Below, one piece after another: positions 28,946-37,742 of a stretch of DNA of 64,000 nucleotides (position 1 is the first letter of the stretch; every line of letters starts with the position of its first letter). The DNA is from an uncultured Planctomycetales bacterium (GTDB taxonomy: Bacteria; Omnitrophota; Gorgyraeia; Gygaellales; Profunditerraquicolaceae). The DNA lies in NCBI GenBank assembly GCA_964545575.1, contig CAZJFL010000008.1, positions 18,171-82,170 of the forward strand, read 5' to 3'. The translations under genes were made by a program, and so were the position numbers. Under the pieces are notes generated by a model. It searched no databases. It had not been told where the DNA came from and worked only from the letters and a program-made list of their open reading frames with translations.

Positions 28946-29467
28946 TTAGAGATTCGGGACGGGGTCCAACAGTTTTGATTTTATATTTAATGATCTATAT
29001 TTCCAACTGCTCCACATATAATCGAGGGGGGAGGAAATCAAGTTCGCCCTCAGAGGGTTATATTCAATATAATTTAGGCAATTAATAAGGTACCTATCCT
29101 TCTGGATGACCGTGCTTTTAAATCTCCCTTGCCAGAGATGCCCTACCTTGGCGTATTTCTTATTGAACCAAAGTGTATAAGTTAGCGCTACGCCTTGCAT
29201 AATCTTAGCCAGATCGTTTACTTCTTTGACTTCCACAATTAAATGGATATGGTTGGGCATTATACAATAAGCATATAACTTGAAGTTGTATTTCTTTTTA
29301 TAATGTAGTAAAATCTGTAAATATCTTTCAAAGTCAACATTTTCTCGAAAGACATTTTGTTTTTGATTTCCGCGTTGAATAATATGATAGCAAATATCTG
29401 ATATAAGTAATCTTGGTCCTCTAGGCATATTAATCACCTCCATAATAATAGACGAAAATAAAGTCAT
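28946..29467 (-). mobile_element. IS200-like HuH Y1 transposase, REP-associated tyrosine transposase (RAYT) type
   Basis: HuH motif (HIHLIV), catalytic Tyr region, and the HIIQRGN/YCIMPNH motifs of Transposase_17. Flanked on both sides by inverted GGGAC-type palindromes. Confidence 0.75.
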
Positions 29468-29494
29468 TTTCTAACATAAAAAATTTTCCCCTCA

Positions 29495-29551
29495 GGGACA
29501 CTTCTCGCTTTGGCTTAAGAAACGGCCCTTGTTTGGTTCAAGAAACGTCCC
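29495..29551. repeat. REP-like palindromic units, right flank of RAYT
   Basis: GGGACACTTCTC, AAGAAACGGCCC and AAGAAACGTCCC. These are reverse complements of the left-flank units. Confidence 0.6.
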
Positions 29552-29600
29552 TAAGTTTTTGATGTTTTCTTCCGGATTTTAGTGGTATAATTAACTCGTC

Positions 29601-30209
29601 ATGGATGATTTGGAATTTGTCCAAAGATGTGTCAGAGGGGACGCGCACGCCTGGGACGAATTCATCGAGAAGTATTCCTGCCTCATCTACAACTATATCT
29701 ACAGCGTCTTAAAGATAAAAGGCGCAAAAGACCCCAATCAGGACAACCTAAACGACATCTTTCAGGAAATATTCGTCTTACTTAGAAAAGATAATTTTAA
29801 AAAACTAAGTAGTTTTAAAGCCAGGAACGGATGCTCCCTGGCCAGCTGGCTAAGGCAGGTGGTCATTAACTATAGCATAGATTACCTGCGTAAGGCAAAG
29901 CCCGCACTCTCTCTTGAAGAAGAGATAGGGGAAGACTTAACCCTCAAAGATATAATTGCTGACGACGCCGAATCCGCCCGCCAGGGCCTGCTCAGCGCAG
30001 AAAAAATCGCCGATTTAGCAGATTGCGTAGAGAAGCTGGATACGGAGGACAAATATTTTATTGAGTTGCACTTTAATCAGGGTTTAGATTTGGAAGAATT
30101 AAGGCGGGCGCTAGCGCTTTCGCGCGGAGCGGTGGATATGCGTAAAACCCGACTGATCGAACGCTTAAGGCAATGTTTTAAGAATAAAGGTTTCTGGTTA
30201 GATTTTTAA
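29601..30209 (+). CDS. ECF-type RNA polymerase sigma factor
   Basis: Sigma-70 region 2 (IFQEIFVLLRK...SWLRQVVINYSIDYLRK) and region 4 HTH (ELHFNQGLDLEELRRALALSRGAVDMRKTRLIERLRQ). Confidence 0.8.
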   Translation: MDDLEFVQRCVRGDAHAWDEFIEKYSCLIYNYIYSVLKIKGAKDPNQDNLNDIFQEIFVLLRKDNFKKLSSFKARNGCSLASWLRQVVINYSIDYLRKAKPALSLEEEIGEDLTLKDIIADDAESARQGLLSAEKIADLADCVEKLDTEDKYFIELHFNQGLDLEELRRALALSRGAVDMRKTRLIERLRQCFKNKGFWLDF

Positions 30210-30247
30210 TATCTATGCGTCTATTATATTAGGAAAGGATTAGTCCC

Positions 30248-30955
30248 ATGCAGCATAAATTGGAGAAGTTAATCAAAATCGTCTATCATAAGTATAAGGC
30301 GGATAAAAGCGATAGCGGCCAAGCCCATCCGGATGAAGAAACCATGGCCTGTTTTTGGGAGGATAAACTTACGCCGCAAGAGAGAGAAAGGCTCCTGCTG
30401 CATATCACTAGCTGCGCCACCTGTGCTGAGGCTTCTGCCCTGCAGGCAAAAATATTAGCGGCGCAAGAAGAGCGGGCCGTGCCAGAAGGATTAATTGAGG
30501 CGGTAAAAAGTGCCTGCGCAGGGAAAGAGGGATTATTCTTTTTTGATATAGTTTTAAGGCTAAAGGAGAAAGTAGTGGAAATCCTTAATACTAGCGGCGA
30601 TATTCTGGTAGGGCAGGAGCTGGTGCCTGCGCCGGTATTACGCAGCCGCCAGATAAAGGATTTTAAAGACGAAGTGCATATCTTTAAGGATTTTAGCGAC
30701 ATCAGGGTTGAGGTAAAGGTAGAAAACAAACAGGGTAAGTCTTTTAATCTTACCGTAGTCGCCAGGGAAAAACAGACTGGGGGAGTGATTAAAGACTTAA
30801 GAATCAGTCTCTATAAAGACGAATTAGAACTTGAGTCATATGTTGCTTCTTCCGGAGCGGTCACTTTTGAGCACGTCTTACTGGGGCGATATAAGGTCGA
30901 GATATCTACCTTGGAAAAGAAACTGGCTGCGGTGTTGTTAGAGATCAAAGCATAA
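30248..30955 (+). CDS. Putative soluble anti-sigma factor (ZAS-like H-x3-C-x2-C zinc motif)
   Basis: LLLHITSCATCAE shows the zinc-binding anti-sigma motif about 50 aa from the N-terminus. Located directly downstream of the ECF sigma gene. No TM helix is predicted. Confidence 0.5.
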   Translation: MQHKLEKLIKIVYHKYKADKSDSGQAHPDEETMACFWEDKLTPQERERLLLHITSCATCAEASALQAKILAAQEERAVPEGLIEAVKSACAGKEGLFFFDIVLRLKEKVVEILNTSGDILVGQELVPAPVLRSRQIKDFKDEVHIFKDFSDIRVEVKVENKQGKSFNLTVVAREKQTGGVIKDLRISLYKDELELESYVASSGAVTFEHVLLGRYKVEISTLEKKLAAVLLEIKA

Positions 30956-30959
30956 TCCT

Positions 30960-33161
30960 ATGTCACAGGACTACGAGGCCTTAGTCTTAGAGGTATCCCG
31001 GCAGGCGGATCTGCTTAAGATGGGCATTTTCAAACAGGGGGAATCCGCCCAGACGATCCGGCATTATAGCCAGTGCCGGATAACCGCTGAGGAGGTCGAT
31101 AAGCTCTGCCAGGATTCAGCCTATATTTTACATAAGGTATCCCAGAGAAGCTCTCCAGGCCATGAGCCGCTTGCGGCCTTAAAGAAAATAGGGCAGTTGC
31201 TCTGGGACCAGATGCTGACCCGCCCGGTCAAAGAGAAGCTAAAAGACGCGCCGGCTAAAGGCTTAGTTTTATCTTTAGACGAAGAGCTGATGAACATCCC
31301 CTGGGAACTCCTCTATAGCGGAGAAGATTTCTTATGCCTTAAGTTTATCCTGGGCAGGGTCCTGATTACCAAAGATGAGACCCGCCCTGTCCAATACCGC
31401 AGTCTCGCCAATACTCCCTTGAAGATGCTAGTTTTGGCAAATCCCACCAATGACTTAAAAAGCGCCTATCAGGAAGGCGTGCAGCTGAAGAATCAGTTTG
31501 ACCGGATGAGAAAACAGGTACATATCGATTTTAAATCCACTCATATCGATACCATATACACCAAGAAGATATTGCGCGATTACGATATCGTGCATTTTGC
31601 CGGGCACTGCGAATATGATCAGGATAATCCTGAAAATACCGGTTGGCTGCTTAGCGACGGGAGGCTCAGCCCCCGGGATATCCTCTCGCTGGGTGAGACG
31701 CCGCCTCTACCGAGCCTGGTATTTTCCAATGCCTGCTATTCTGCTAAATGTACTTTGGGCTCGATAGGCCTGGATTACCAGAAAAAAACCTACAGTCTTG
31801 CTGCGGCATTTTTATTTTCCGGGGTGCGGCACTATATCGGGGCTATCCGTAATATAGAAGACCCGGCAAGCCTTGTCTTTGCCAGGGAGTTCTATCTGCA
31901 ATTGATTAAAGGCGAACCGGTGGGCGAATGCCTGCGCCTGGGGAGGCTAAAATTAATCAAGGAATACGGGCCGGGTTCTCTGCATTGGGCAAATTATCTT
32001 CTTTACGGAGACCCTAGCTTCATACTCCTCCCCGGCAAAACAAAGGCGCCCGCGGCGAGAATTAAAAGAAAGAAGCTGTCTAAGAAAGTAGTGCTAACTA
32101 TCGCCTTGGTAGTAGCGGTAGTCTCGCTTGCTGTTTATCTTTGGCTCTGGCTGCCCACCCTTAACCCCAGCGCATATTCGCTTTATCTAGAGAGCCGTAA
32201 ATTATCCTTAAAAGGCAGGAACATGGAGGTAATTACAATTGCCGAGCAGATTATTGGAAAAGACGCTTTATTCTTACCGGTTTATCCGTTGCTAGCCGAT
32301 ACCTATCAGAGACTAGGCAAGCGGGACCTGGCTTTAAAATATTATTTTGACTACATTCTCTACAGTGAAAAGAAGCGCGATCAGAAAAACCTCAGCGCCG
32401 CTTATACGGGTATCGGCTGGTTTTATCAGCAGCAGGGAGAATATGCCAAGTCATTTGATTTCTATCATAAGGCGCTTGCCTTAAGTAAGGAGAATAACGA
32501 TAAACTTAACGAAGCTACGGCGCTTCGGAAGCTGGCTTTATGGTATACGGATAAAGAAGATTACGCTAAAGCGCTTGAGCTCCTGACTAAAAGTTCCGAG
32601 ATCAATCGGGAGCGGCAGCATATTTATGAGCACCGCTATAACTTAGCCTGCGATTATTTTGATATCGGGCTGGTTTTTAGCGATAGGGATGAGTTTGATA
32701 GCGCTAAAGAGTTTTACCAGAAAAGCCGGGCCGTGTTTGATAAATTAGAATTAAAGCGTGAATTAAGCGACTATTATTTTAATCTCGGAGAAATATGCCA
32801 GTACGAAAAACAGTATCAGAAAGCCCGGGATTATTATTTTAAGGGTTTAAAAATTGACCAGGTGCAGGGCAACCTGCCAAGTATCGCCAGCGATTACGAG
32901 ATGATCGGAGCGCTTTACCTGGAGATGGGTAATGAGGGCGAGGCAGAACGGTTCTTCCTGCAATCGGCCGCTACCGCCAAAACCATAGACGCGCCGCTTG
33001 AACTGGCCGCGGCTTATTACGACTTAGGCGCGCTCTATAAGCAGAAAGGCCGTAAGAACAAAGCCCGGGAATATTTCCGGCAGGCGCAAGAGATTTATCT
33101 TAAGATCAATCACCCGGCTTACACAGAGATTAAAGAAGAATTACTGGAGATGAGTAATTAA
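30960..33161 (+). CDS. CHAT domain (caspase-like protease) - TM helix - TPR repeat protein
   Basis: His/Cys dyad (HFAGHCEYD ... LVFSNACYS). One TM helix (VVLTIALVVAVVSLAVYLWLWL). At least six C-terminal TPR-like repeats (AYTGIGWFYQQQGEYAKSFDFYHKALAL...). Confidence 0.75.
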   Translation: MSQDYEALVLEVSRQADLLKMGIFKQGESAQTIRHYSQCRITAEEVDKLCQDSAYILHKVSQRSSPGHEPLAALKKIGQLLWDQMLTRPVKEKLKDAPAKGLVLSLDEELMNIPWELLYSGEDFLCLKFILGRVLITKDETRPVQYRSLANTPLKMLVLANPTNDLKSAYQEGVQLKNQFDRMRKQVHIDFKSTHIDTIYTKKILRDYDIVHFAGHCEYDQDNPENTGWLLSDGRLSPRDILSLGETPPLPSLVFSNACYSAKCTLGSIGLDYQKKTYSLAAAFLFSGVRHYIGAIRNIEDPASLVFAREFYLQLIKGEPVGECLRLGRLKLIKEYGPGSLHWANYLLYGDPSFILLPGKTKAPAARIKRKKLSKKVVLTIALVVAVVSLAVYLWLWLPTLNPSAYSLYLESRKLSLKGRNMEVITIAEQIIGKDALFLPVYPLLADTYQRLGKRDLALKYYFDYILYSEKKRDQKNLSAAYTGIGWFYQQQGEYAKSFDFYHKALALSKENNDKLNEATALRKLALWYTDKEDYAKALELLTKSSEINRERQHIYEHRYNLACDYFDIGLVFSDRDEFDSAKEFYQKSRAVFDKLELKRELSDYYFNLGEICQYEKQYQKARDYYFKGLKIDQVQGNLPSIASDYEMIGALYLEMGNEGEAERFFLQSAATAKTIDAPLELAAAYYDLGALYKQKGRKNKAREYFRQAQEIYLKINHPAYTEIKEELLEMSN

Positions 33162-33174
33162 TAATATAGCAATA

Positions 33175-33212
33175 AAAAAGCCCTCGTTTGTTACCCGAGG
33201 GCTTTTTTATTT
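33175..33212. terminator. Bidirectional rho-independent terminator
   Basis: Stem AAAAAGCCCTCG/CGAGGGCTTTTTT between convergent genes, with T-runs on both strands. Confidence 0.65.
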
Positions 33213-33228
33213 TTAAAGAGAAGATCGG

Positions 33229-33642
33229 TTATTTTACTCTTGTTGATGCTGGATTCGGTTCCGACGGAGGATACGGCGGTGAGTCTCCTGTTGGTACACC
33301 TACCGTACCTGACGGGCCATACCTGTCAAACACGTAGTCCGGTTTAAAAAGCGGCTCATAATATCTCGGTATCGCTGCCGGGAAAGTTATTATGTCCCAT
33401 ATTCCGGAAAACATCCTTCCTGCCGTAAATGCTAATCCCTTGAAGAATCCGGCAAAGCAACCCACAGCCATATTCTTGCTGATTTTCCACTCTTCATCCA
33501 TTGTCTGGGGTATTTCTACCCAACAAGACAAGATGTTTGCTACGCCCCTGGTTAATTTATCGCCGGGACCCTTGGCGTATGCCGCTGCGGCAAAACTTAA
33601 CAACATCACACCTACCAATAAGACAACTACTATACTCCTCAT
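33229..33642 (-). CDS. Small exported protein, exosortase-system-associated TIGR04073-like
   Basis: Signal peptide, then KLTRGVANILSCWVEIPQTMDEEW, which resembles the conserved core of that family. RBS AGGAGGTG lies 6 nt upstream of the chosen ATG. Confidence 0.4.
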   Translation of the reverse strand: MRSIVVVLLVGVMLLSFAAAAYAKGPGDKLTRGVANILSCWVEIPQTMDEEWKISKNMAVGCFAGFFKGLAFTAGRMFSGIWDIITFPAAIPRYYEPLFKPDYVFDRYGPSGTVGVPTGDSPPYPPSEPNPASTRVK

Positions 33643-33854
33643 ATATCCACCTCCTTTGAAAGATAAACTAACATACAATCCGGCTATTGTCAATATTTTT
33701 TTTAAAAAAATTCCAGTTAGATTTCAACACTTCTTGCGTCTATTAAGTGAGGGCACAAGTTATGGAGCAGTCTACTGCAGAGAGGCGACATAACTTGTAT
33801 GCCCGAACTTATCCCGAGTGCAGACACGAAGGATTATGGGTAGGAGGTGGCAAG

Positions 33855-35417
33855 ATGAAAAAACATATCGTAGTAATGCTGGTAGTTTGCGGCCTAGCGC
33901 TGGTGTCTTCAGGCGTCAGTTCTTCTGCCGAGGAGCTTGCCTGGCAGGAGATAGCCAGGGGCAGGCCGGATTTAAGCACGGTGCTGGTTGATACGCAAGA
34001 TCCGCGGATTATTTATTGCGGTTCGGGGAACACTATTTTTAAAACAGAGGACAGTGCGCAAAGTTGGCAAAGCGTTTTATCCCTGTCCGGCCGGGATAAA
34101 ACCGTCAATCTATTATCTTTCGATCCTTATAATAAGAACGCTCTTTATGCCGCAGCTAAGGCAGGGCTTTTCTATAGCCTCAATCAGGGAAGAAATTGGC
34201 GCAGGATTTTCCGCGGCAAAAATTACCTGGAGAGCGACTGCACGGCATTGGCAATTTTACCTGAAGGCATTTATTTAGGTACCAAAGCAGGGTTGTTTTT
34301 AAGCAAGGATAGGGGCCGCAGCTGGTATAAAGAAAAATCATTTCTCTCCAGCAGCCATATCTTAGCGATTGCTTATGATGCCAGAGAGCCGGATTATCTT
34401 TATGTTGCCTCTAGCAACGGAGTATTTAAAACCGCAGACGGCGGCCGTAATTGGGAGAGGGTTTTTATCGGCAGTCCGTCCGAAAACGGCGCGGATACCC
34501 CTGAAGATGATCTTGGTAACAGAGACGAAGAGGTGAGATTTTCCGATATAAAGCATATTGCCATTGACCCGCAAAATCTTAATTGCCTGTATCTGGCAAC
34601 CTCCCGCGGTGTTTATCAGACTAAAGATAGAGGCAAGAACTGGGAATTGCTGACTACGTTTGGCTTACTCAGTAAAGACGTAAGATTTGTTTTGGCCTCT
34701 TCAGGAAAAAATCTTTATGCCGCCACCAAATCAGCGGTGTTTGTATTTAACCAGGAGCGTTGGGAGGAGCTGTCGTTAAGGCTGCCTACGGAAGAAGTCA
34801 GGTTTTTAGCATCCGACAGCCGGGGAAACTTATACGCCGCCTGCGATAAAGGATTATTTAAGGCGGTTATAGATTATTCGGATAGTTATCAAGATAAAAA
34901 AATTACAGCAGCATCTGCTGAAGGAGAGCCGGATATCCGCCAGGTGCAACAGGCGGCAATTCGCTATGCCGAAGTAGAGCCGGAGAAGATAAAAAAATGG
35001 CGCAGGCAGGCAGCGCATAAAGCATTGCTGCCTACGTTGAGCGTCGGTATAGACCGGGATACCGGAGATCTCTGGCACTGGGAGGGCGGTTCCAGCACCA
35101 AGCCGGAAGATGATGTCTTAAGAAGGGGCCGCGATAGTATAGGTTGGGATGTGTCTTTAAGCTGGAATCTGGGAGAATTGATCTGGAACGACGACCAGAC
35201 TTCCATAGATGTGCGTTCGCGCCTGATGGTCGAGCTGCGCGACGACATCCTGGATGAGGTGACTAAGCTATATTTTGAACGCCTGAGAATCAAAGCAGAA
35301 TTAGATAACTTGGCTATCGAAGACAGGAAGAAGCGCTTTGAAAAAGAGTTAAGGCTGCGGGAGCTGACTGCCAACCTTGATGCGCTGACCGGAGGATATT
35401 TTTCAGAGCATACTTGA
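33855..35417 (+). CDS. Secreted BNR/Asp-box repeat beta-propeller protein with C-terminal coiled coil
   Basis: Signal peptide, then at least five Asp-box-like repeats (SAQSWQSV, QGRNWRRI, DRGRSWYK, DGGRNWERV, DRGKNWELL). RBS AGGAGGTG is before the ATG at 33855. Confidence 0.55.
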   Translation: MKKHIVVMLVVCGLALVSSGVSSSAEELAWQEIARGRPDLSTVLVDTQDPRIIYCGSGNTIFKTEDSAQSWQSVLSLSGRDKTVNLLSFDPYNKNALYAAAKAGLFYSLNQGRNWRRIFRGKNYLESDCTALAILPEGIYLGTKAGLFLSKDRGRSWYKEKSFLSSSHILAIAYDAREPDYLYVASSNGVFKTADGGRNWERVFIGSPSENGADTPEDDLGNRDEEVRFSDIKHIAIDPQNLNCLYLATSRGVYQTKDRGKNWELLTTFGLLSKDVRFVLASSGKNLYAATKSAVFVFNQERWEELSLRLPTEEVRFLASDSRGNLYAACDKGLFKAVIDYSDSYQDKKITAASAEGEPDIRQVQQAAIRYAEVEPEKIKKWRRQAAHKALLPTLSVGIDRDTGDLWHWEGGSSTKPEDDVLRRGRDSIGWDVSLSWNLGELIWNDDQTSIDVRSRLMVELRDDILDEVTKLYFERLRIKAELDNLAIEDRKKRFEKELRLRELTANLDALTGGYFSEHT

Positions 35418-35442
35418 CAGGGGCAAAAAAAGAGGTTATACT
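35414..35442 (+). promoter_or_regulatory. Sigma-70 promoter (TTGACA-17-TATACT)
   Basis: Consensus hexamers overlapping the stop of the upstream gene, and immediately followed by a terminator hairpin. Confidence 0.4.
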
Positions 35443-35456
35443 ATCACTGGTAATAA

Positions 35457-35494
35457 AAGCCACGGAACGAATTCTCGCCGTGGCTTTTTATTTT
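35457..35494 (+). terminator. Rho-independent terminator hairpin (possible attenuator in the PilZ leader)
   Basis: Stem AAGCCACGG/CCGTGGCTT with a 12-nt loop, followed by TTTTTATTTT. Confidence 0.55.
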
Positions 35495-35520
35495 AACCGC
35501 TTCCAAGCAGGAAGAGAATT

Positions 35521-35844
35521 ATGGAAGAAGCCGATGTTTTAAACAGAAGGGCTTTCCGCAGGATTCCGGTAGAACTTTCTTTGAGATTCTTTTCCCCGCG
35601 CTCCAACGCATGGCGCCTGGTGAAAACTTCTGATATTAGCGCGCAGGGAATAGGCTTATTGACGGAAGATAAGTTAATGCCAAATACCCCTTTAGAGACC
35701 TGGCTGCCGGTCCCCGATACCGGAGAATCTTTGTATAGCCGGGGGGAAGTGGCCTGGTCAAAAAGATTAGCGCCCCGTAAGTACAGGGTGGGAGTCAATT
35801 TAGAAAAACCGGATTTGATCTCCCGCCTCCTCCAGACGCGTTAA
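35521..35844 (+). CDS. PilZ domain protein (c-di-GMP binding)
   Basis: RRAFRRIPV (RxxxR) and DISAQGIGLL (D/NxSxxG) PilZ signatures. Confidence 0.7.
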   Translation: MEEADVLNRRAFRRIPVELSLRFFSPRSNAWRLVKTSDISAQGIGLLTEDKLMPNTPLETWLPVPDTGESLYSRGEVAWSKRLAPRKYRVGVNLEKPDLISRLLQTR

Positions 35845-35849
35845 CACTT

Positions 35850-36330
35850 CTAAAATCTTTTACTCATAATCGTTTTGCTGCGGGTTTGTTCGCGTGCGGT
35901 CCGCCAAAATTTGTGGCGGACTTATTGCACGCTCATAAATCCCTCCGCAAAACTAAAACGATTGGCTAAAATCAACATTCCTGTCTGTCGCAGGCACTCG
36001 AAATAAAGTCTACACGATTACTAATTTGCGGGTGGCTTGGCTGGATTCCCTGCCTGCCGGCAGGCAGGGAGCGCGGCGTCCGAGGAACCCGAGCGGGCAC
36101 GGTTCACCCGCTATCAGATGCTCAGTGAGAGCGAGGGTCCGCAGGCCGAGCGCAGTTTTGCCACGCTGGGGCGAAACAAGCGTCCGCGCGAGAACCAGCC
36201 AAGACAGGGCCCGCGACATCGTAAAAGTGCACCTAAAGCGAGCAGCTCGAGACCCGCAAAATCTCTTGCATTTTTATACCGTTTGTGATATCTTATAGCC
36301 CTGTCCCGTCCTTTATTTAACCCATTAAGC
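35850..36330. other. GC-rich non-coding island with perfect palindromes (possible structured RNA or foreign remnant)
   Basis: About 60-65% GC, against about 45% in the flanking DNA. Hairpin GTCCGCCA-aaatttg-TGGCGGAC. Perfect 22-bp palindrome CCCTGCCTGCCGGCAGGCAGGG. Only Arg/Pro-rich overlapping ORFs on both strands. Confidence 0.35.
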
Positions 36331-36333
36331 AAG

Positions 36334-36654
36334 ATGGCCTTATTACATTTAACCGACAGCAATTTCAAGAAAGAAGTTTTAGAATCGCCTATTGCGGTGC
36401 TGGTCGATTTCTGGGCCACCTGGTGCGGCCCCTGCAAGATGATCGCGCCCCTGATTGAAGAATTAGCCAGGGAATATCAGGGAAAGATGAAAATCGCCAA
36501 GCTCAATGTGGAGGAAAGCCCGAGAACTGCTACGCAATACGCAATAATGTCCATCCCTACCCTGTCCTTCTTTAAAGACGGCAAAGTTATGGAGCAGGTG
36601 GTAGGCATCTTAAGTAAATCCGAACTGAAGAAGAAGATAGAGCAGAACTTGTAA
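36334..36654 (+). CDS. trxA: Thioredoxin
   Basis: WCGPCK active site. 106 aa. Confidence 0.9.
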   Translation: MALLHLTDSNFKKEVLESPIAVLVDFWATWCGPCKMIAPLIEELAREYQGKMKIAKLNVEESPRTATQYAIMSIPTLSFFKDGKVMEQVVGILSKSELKKKIEQNL

Positions 36655-37742
36655 TGAAAAAAATATTTATCGCTGCCACTAAGCAGAACGACGGCAAAAC
36701 CACGGTTTGCCTGGGGCTGATCCGCAACTTACAGGATAGATTCAAGAGGGTGGGTTTTATTAAACCCATCGGCCAGCGCTACCTCGAAGAAGAGGGTTTA
36801 AAGATAGACGAAGATTCCTGGTTTATCGAAGAGGTCTGTGGCATAAAGTGCGGGCTAAAAGATATGAGCCCTATTGCCGTGGAAAAAGGCTTTACCGAGA
36901 AATACATCGTCCGGCCGGATAAAAAATCGATTACCTCACAGATCAAAAAGGCTTTTGCGCATGTATCGAAGAGGCAGAAGCTGGTGGTCATCGAAGGGAC
37001 GGGCCATGCCGGGGTAGGCTCGGTGTTCGACCACTCCAACGCCGTGGTGGCTAAGCTCCTCGGTTCCAAAGTGATTATCATCTCCTCCGGAGGCATCGGC
37101 AGGCCGATAGACGAAATATTATTGAACAAGGGGCTTTTTGAACAAGAGGGGGTCAAGGTATTAGGCGCGATTGTGAATAAAGTCCTTCCGGAAAAATACG
37201 ACAAGATTAACCGCCTGGTAAGGCAGGGTCTGAAAAGAAAGGGAGTGGATGTTCTGGGGGTGATCCCCTACAACCCTATGCTTTCTTTTCCCACCGTCGA
37301 GCAGATACTGGAAGAGACCGATTTTGAACTTTTATGCGGCGGGGACTATTTAGAGAACTCTGTTTCCAAAATCCTGGTGGGGGCAATGGAGCCCCGCGAT
37401 GCGGTAAAATATATCGTTGATGATAGCCTGATGATTACCCCCGCAGACCGCGAGGATATGGTGATGACGGCCTTAGAGTGTTTCCGCGCGGATGAAAAGA
37501 CCAGGCTAAAAGTATCGGGGATGATCCTGACCGGCGATGCGGCACCTGACGGGCAGATCATTGATTTATTGGGCAGGGCAAAAATCCCCGTCTTATTAGC
37601 AAAGACCGATACCTATGCGGTAGTCTCCTGCGTGCACGACCTTACGGTAAAGCTCAGGCCCCGCGATAAAGCCAAGGTTAGCGCGGCGGTAGAATTGATT
37701 AAAAATAACGTAGATTTTGCTAAAATATTAAAGGGGATTTAG
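36654..37742 (+). CDS. pta: Phosphate acetyltransferase N-terminal regulatory domain (BioD-like P-loop plus DRTGG) as a separate ORF
   Basis: MKKIFIAATKQNDGKTTVCLGLIRNL...FIKPIGQ matches the N-terminal domain of class II Pta. Ends with TAG immediately followed in frame by the ATG of the catalytic domain. Confidence 0.7.
   Translation: MKKIFIAATKQNDGKTTVCLGLIRNLQDRFKRVGFIKPIGQRYLEEEGLKIDEDSWFIEEVCGIKCGLKDMSPIAVEKGFTEKYIVRPDKKSITSQIKKAFAHVSKRQKLVVIEGTGHAGVGSVFDHSNAVVAKLLGSKVIIISSGGIGRPIDEILLNKGLFEQEGVKVLGAIVNKVLPEKYDKINRLVRQGLKRKGVDVLGVIPYNPMLSFPTVEQILEETDFELLCGGDYLENSVSKILVGAMEPRDAVKYIVDDSLMITPADREDMVMTALECFRADEKTRLKVSGMILTGDAAPDGQIIDLLGRAKIPVLLAKTDTYAVVSCVHDLTVKLRPRDKAKVSAAVELIKNNVDFAKILKGI

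Noticed and set aside
36026-36437. ORFs 36026..36298(+), 36037..36288(+), 36114..36437(-), 36010..36219(-) as protein-coding genes
   Set aside because: They overlap one another in a GC-rich palindromic region. They have extreme Arg/Pro/Ala composition characteristic of random GC-rich frames. They lack an RBS, and there is no obvious codon periodicity.
37740-37742. TAG as a recoded sense codon explaining the split pta
   Set aside because: TAG clearly terminates other well-defined genes in the window (for example the flavoprotein at 2609..2611), so stop-codon reassignment is not supported.
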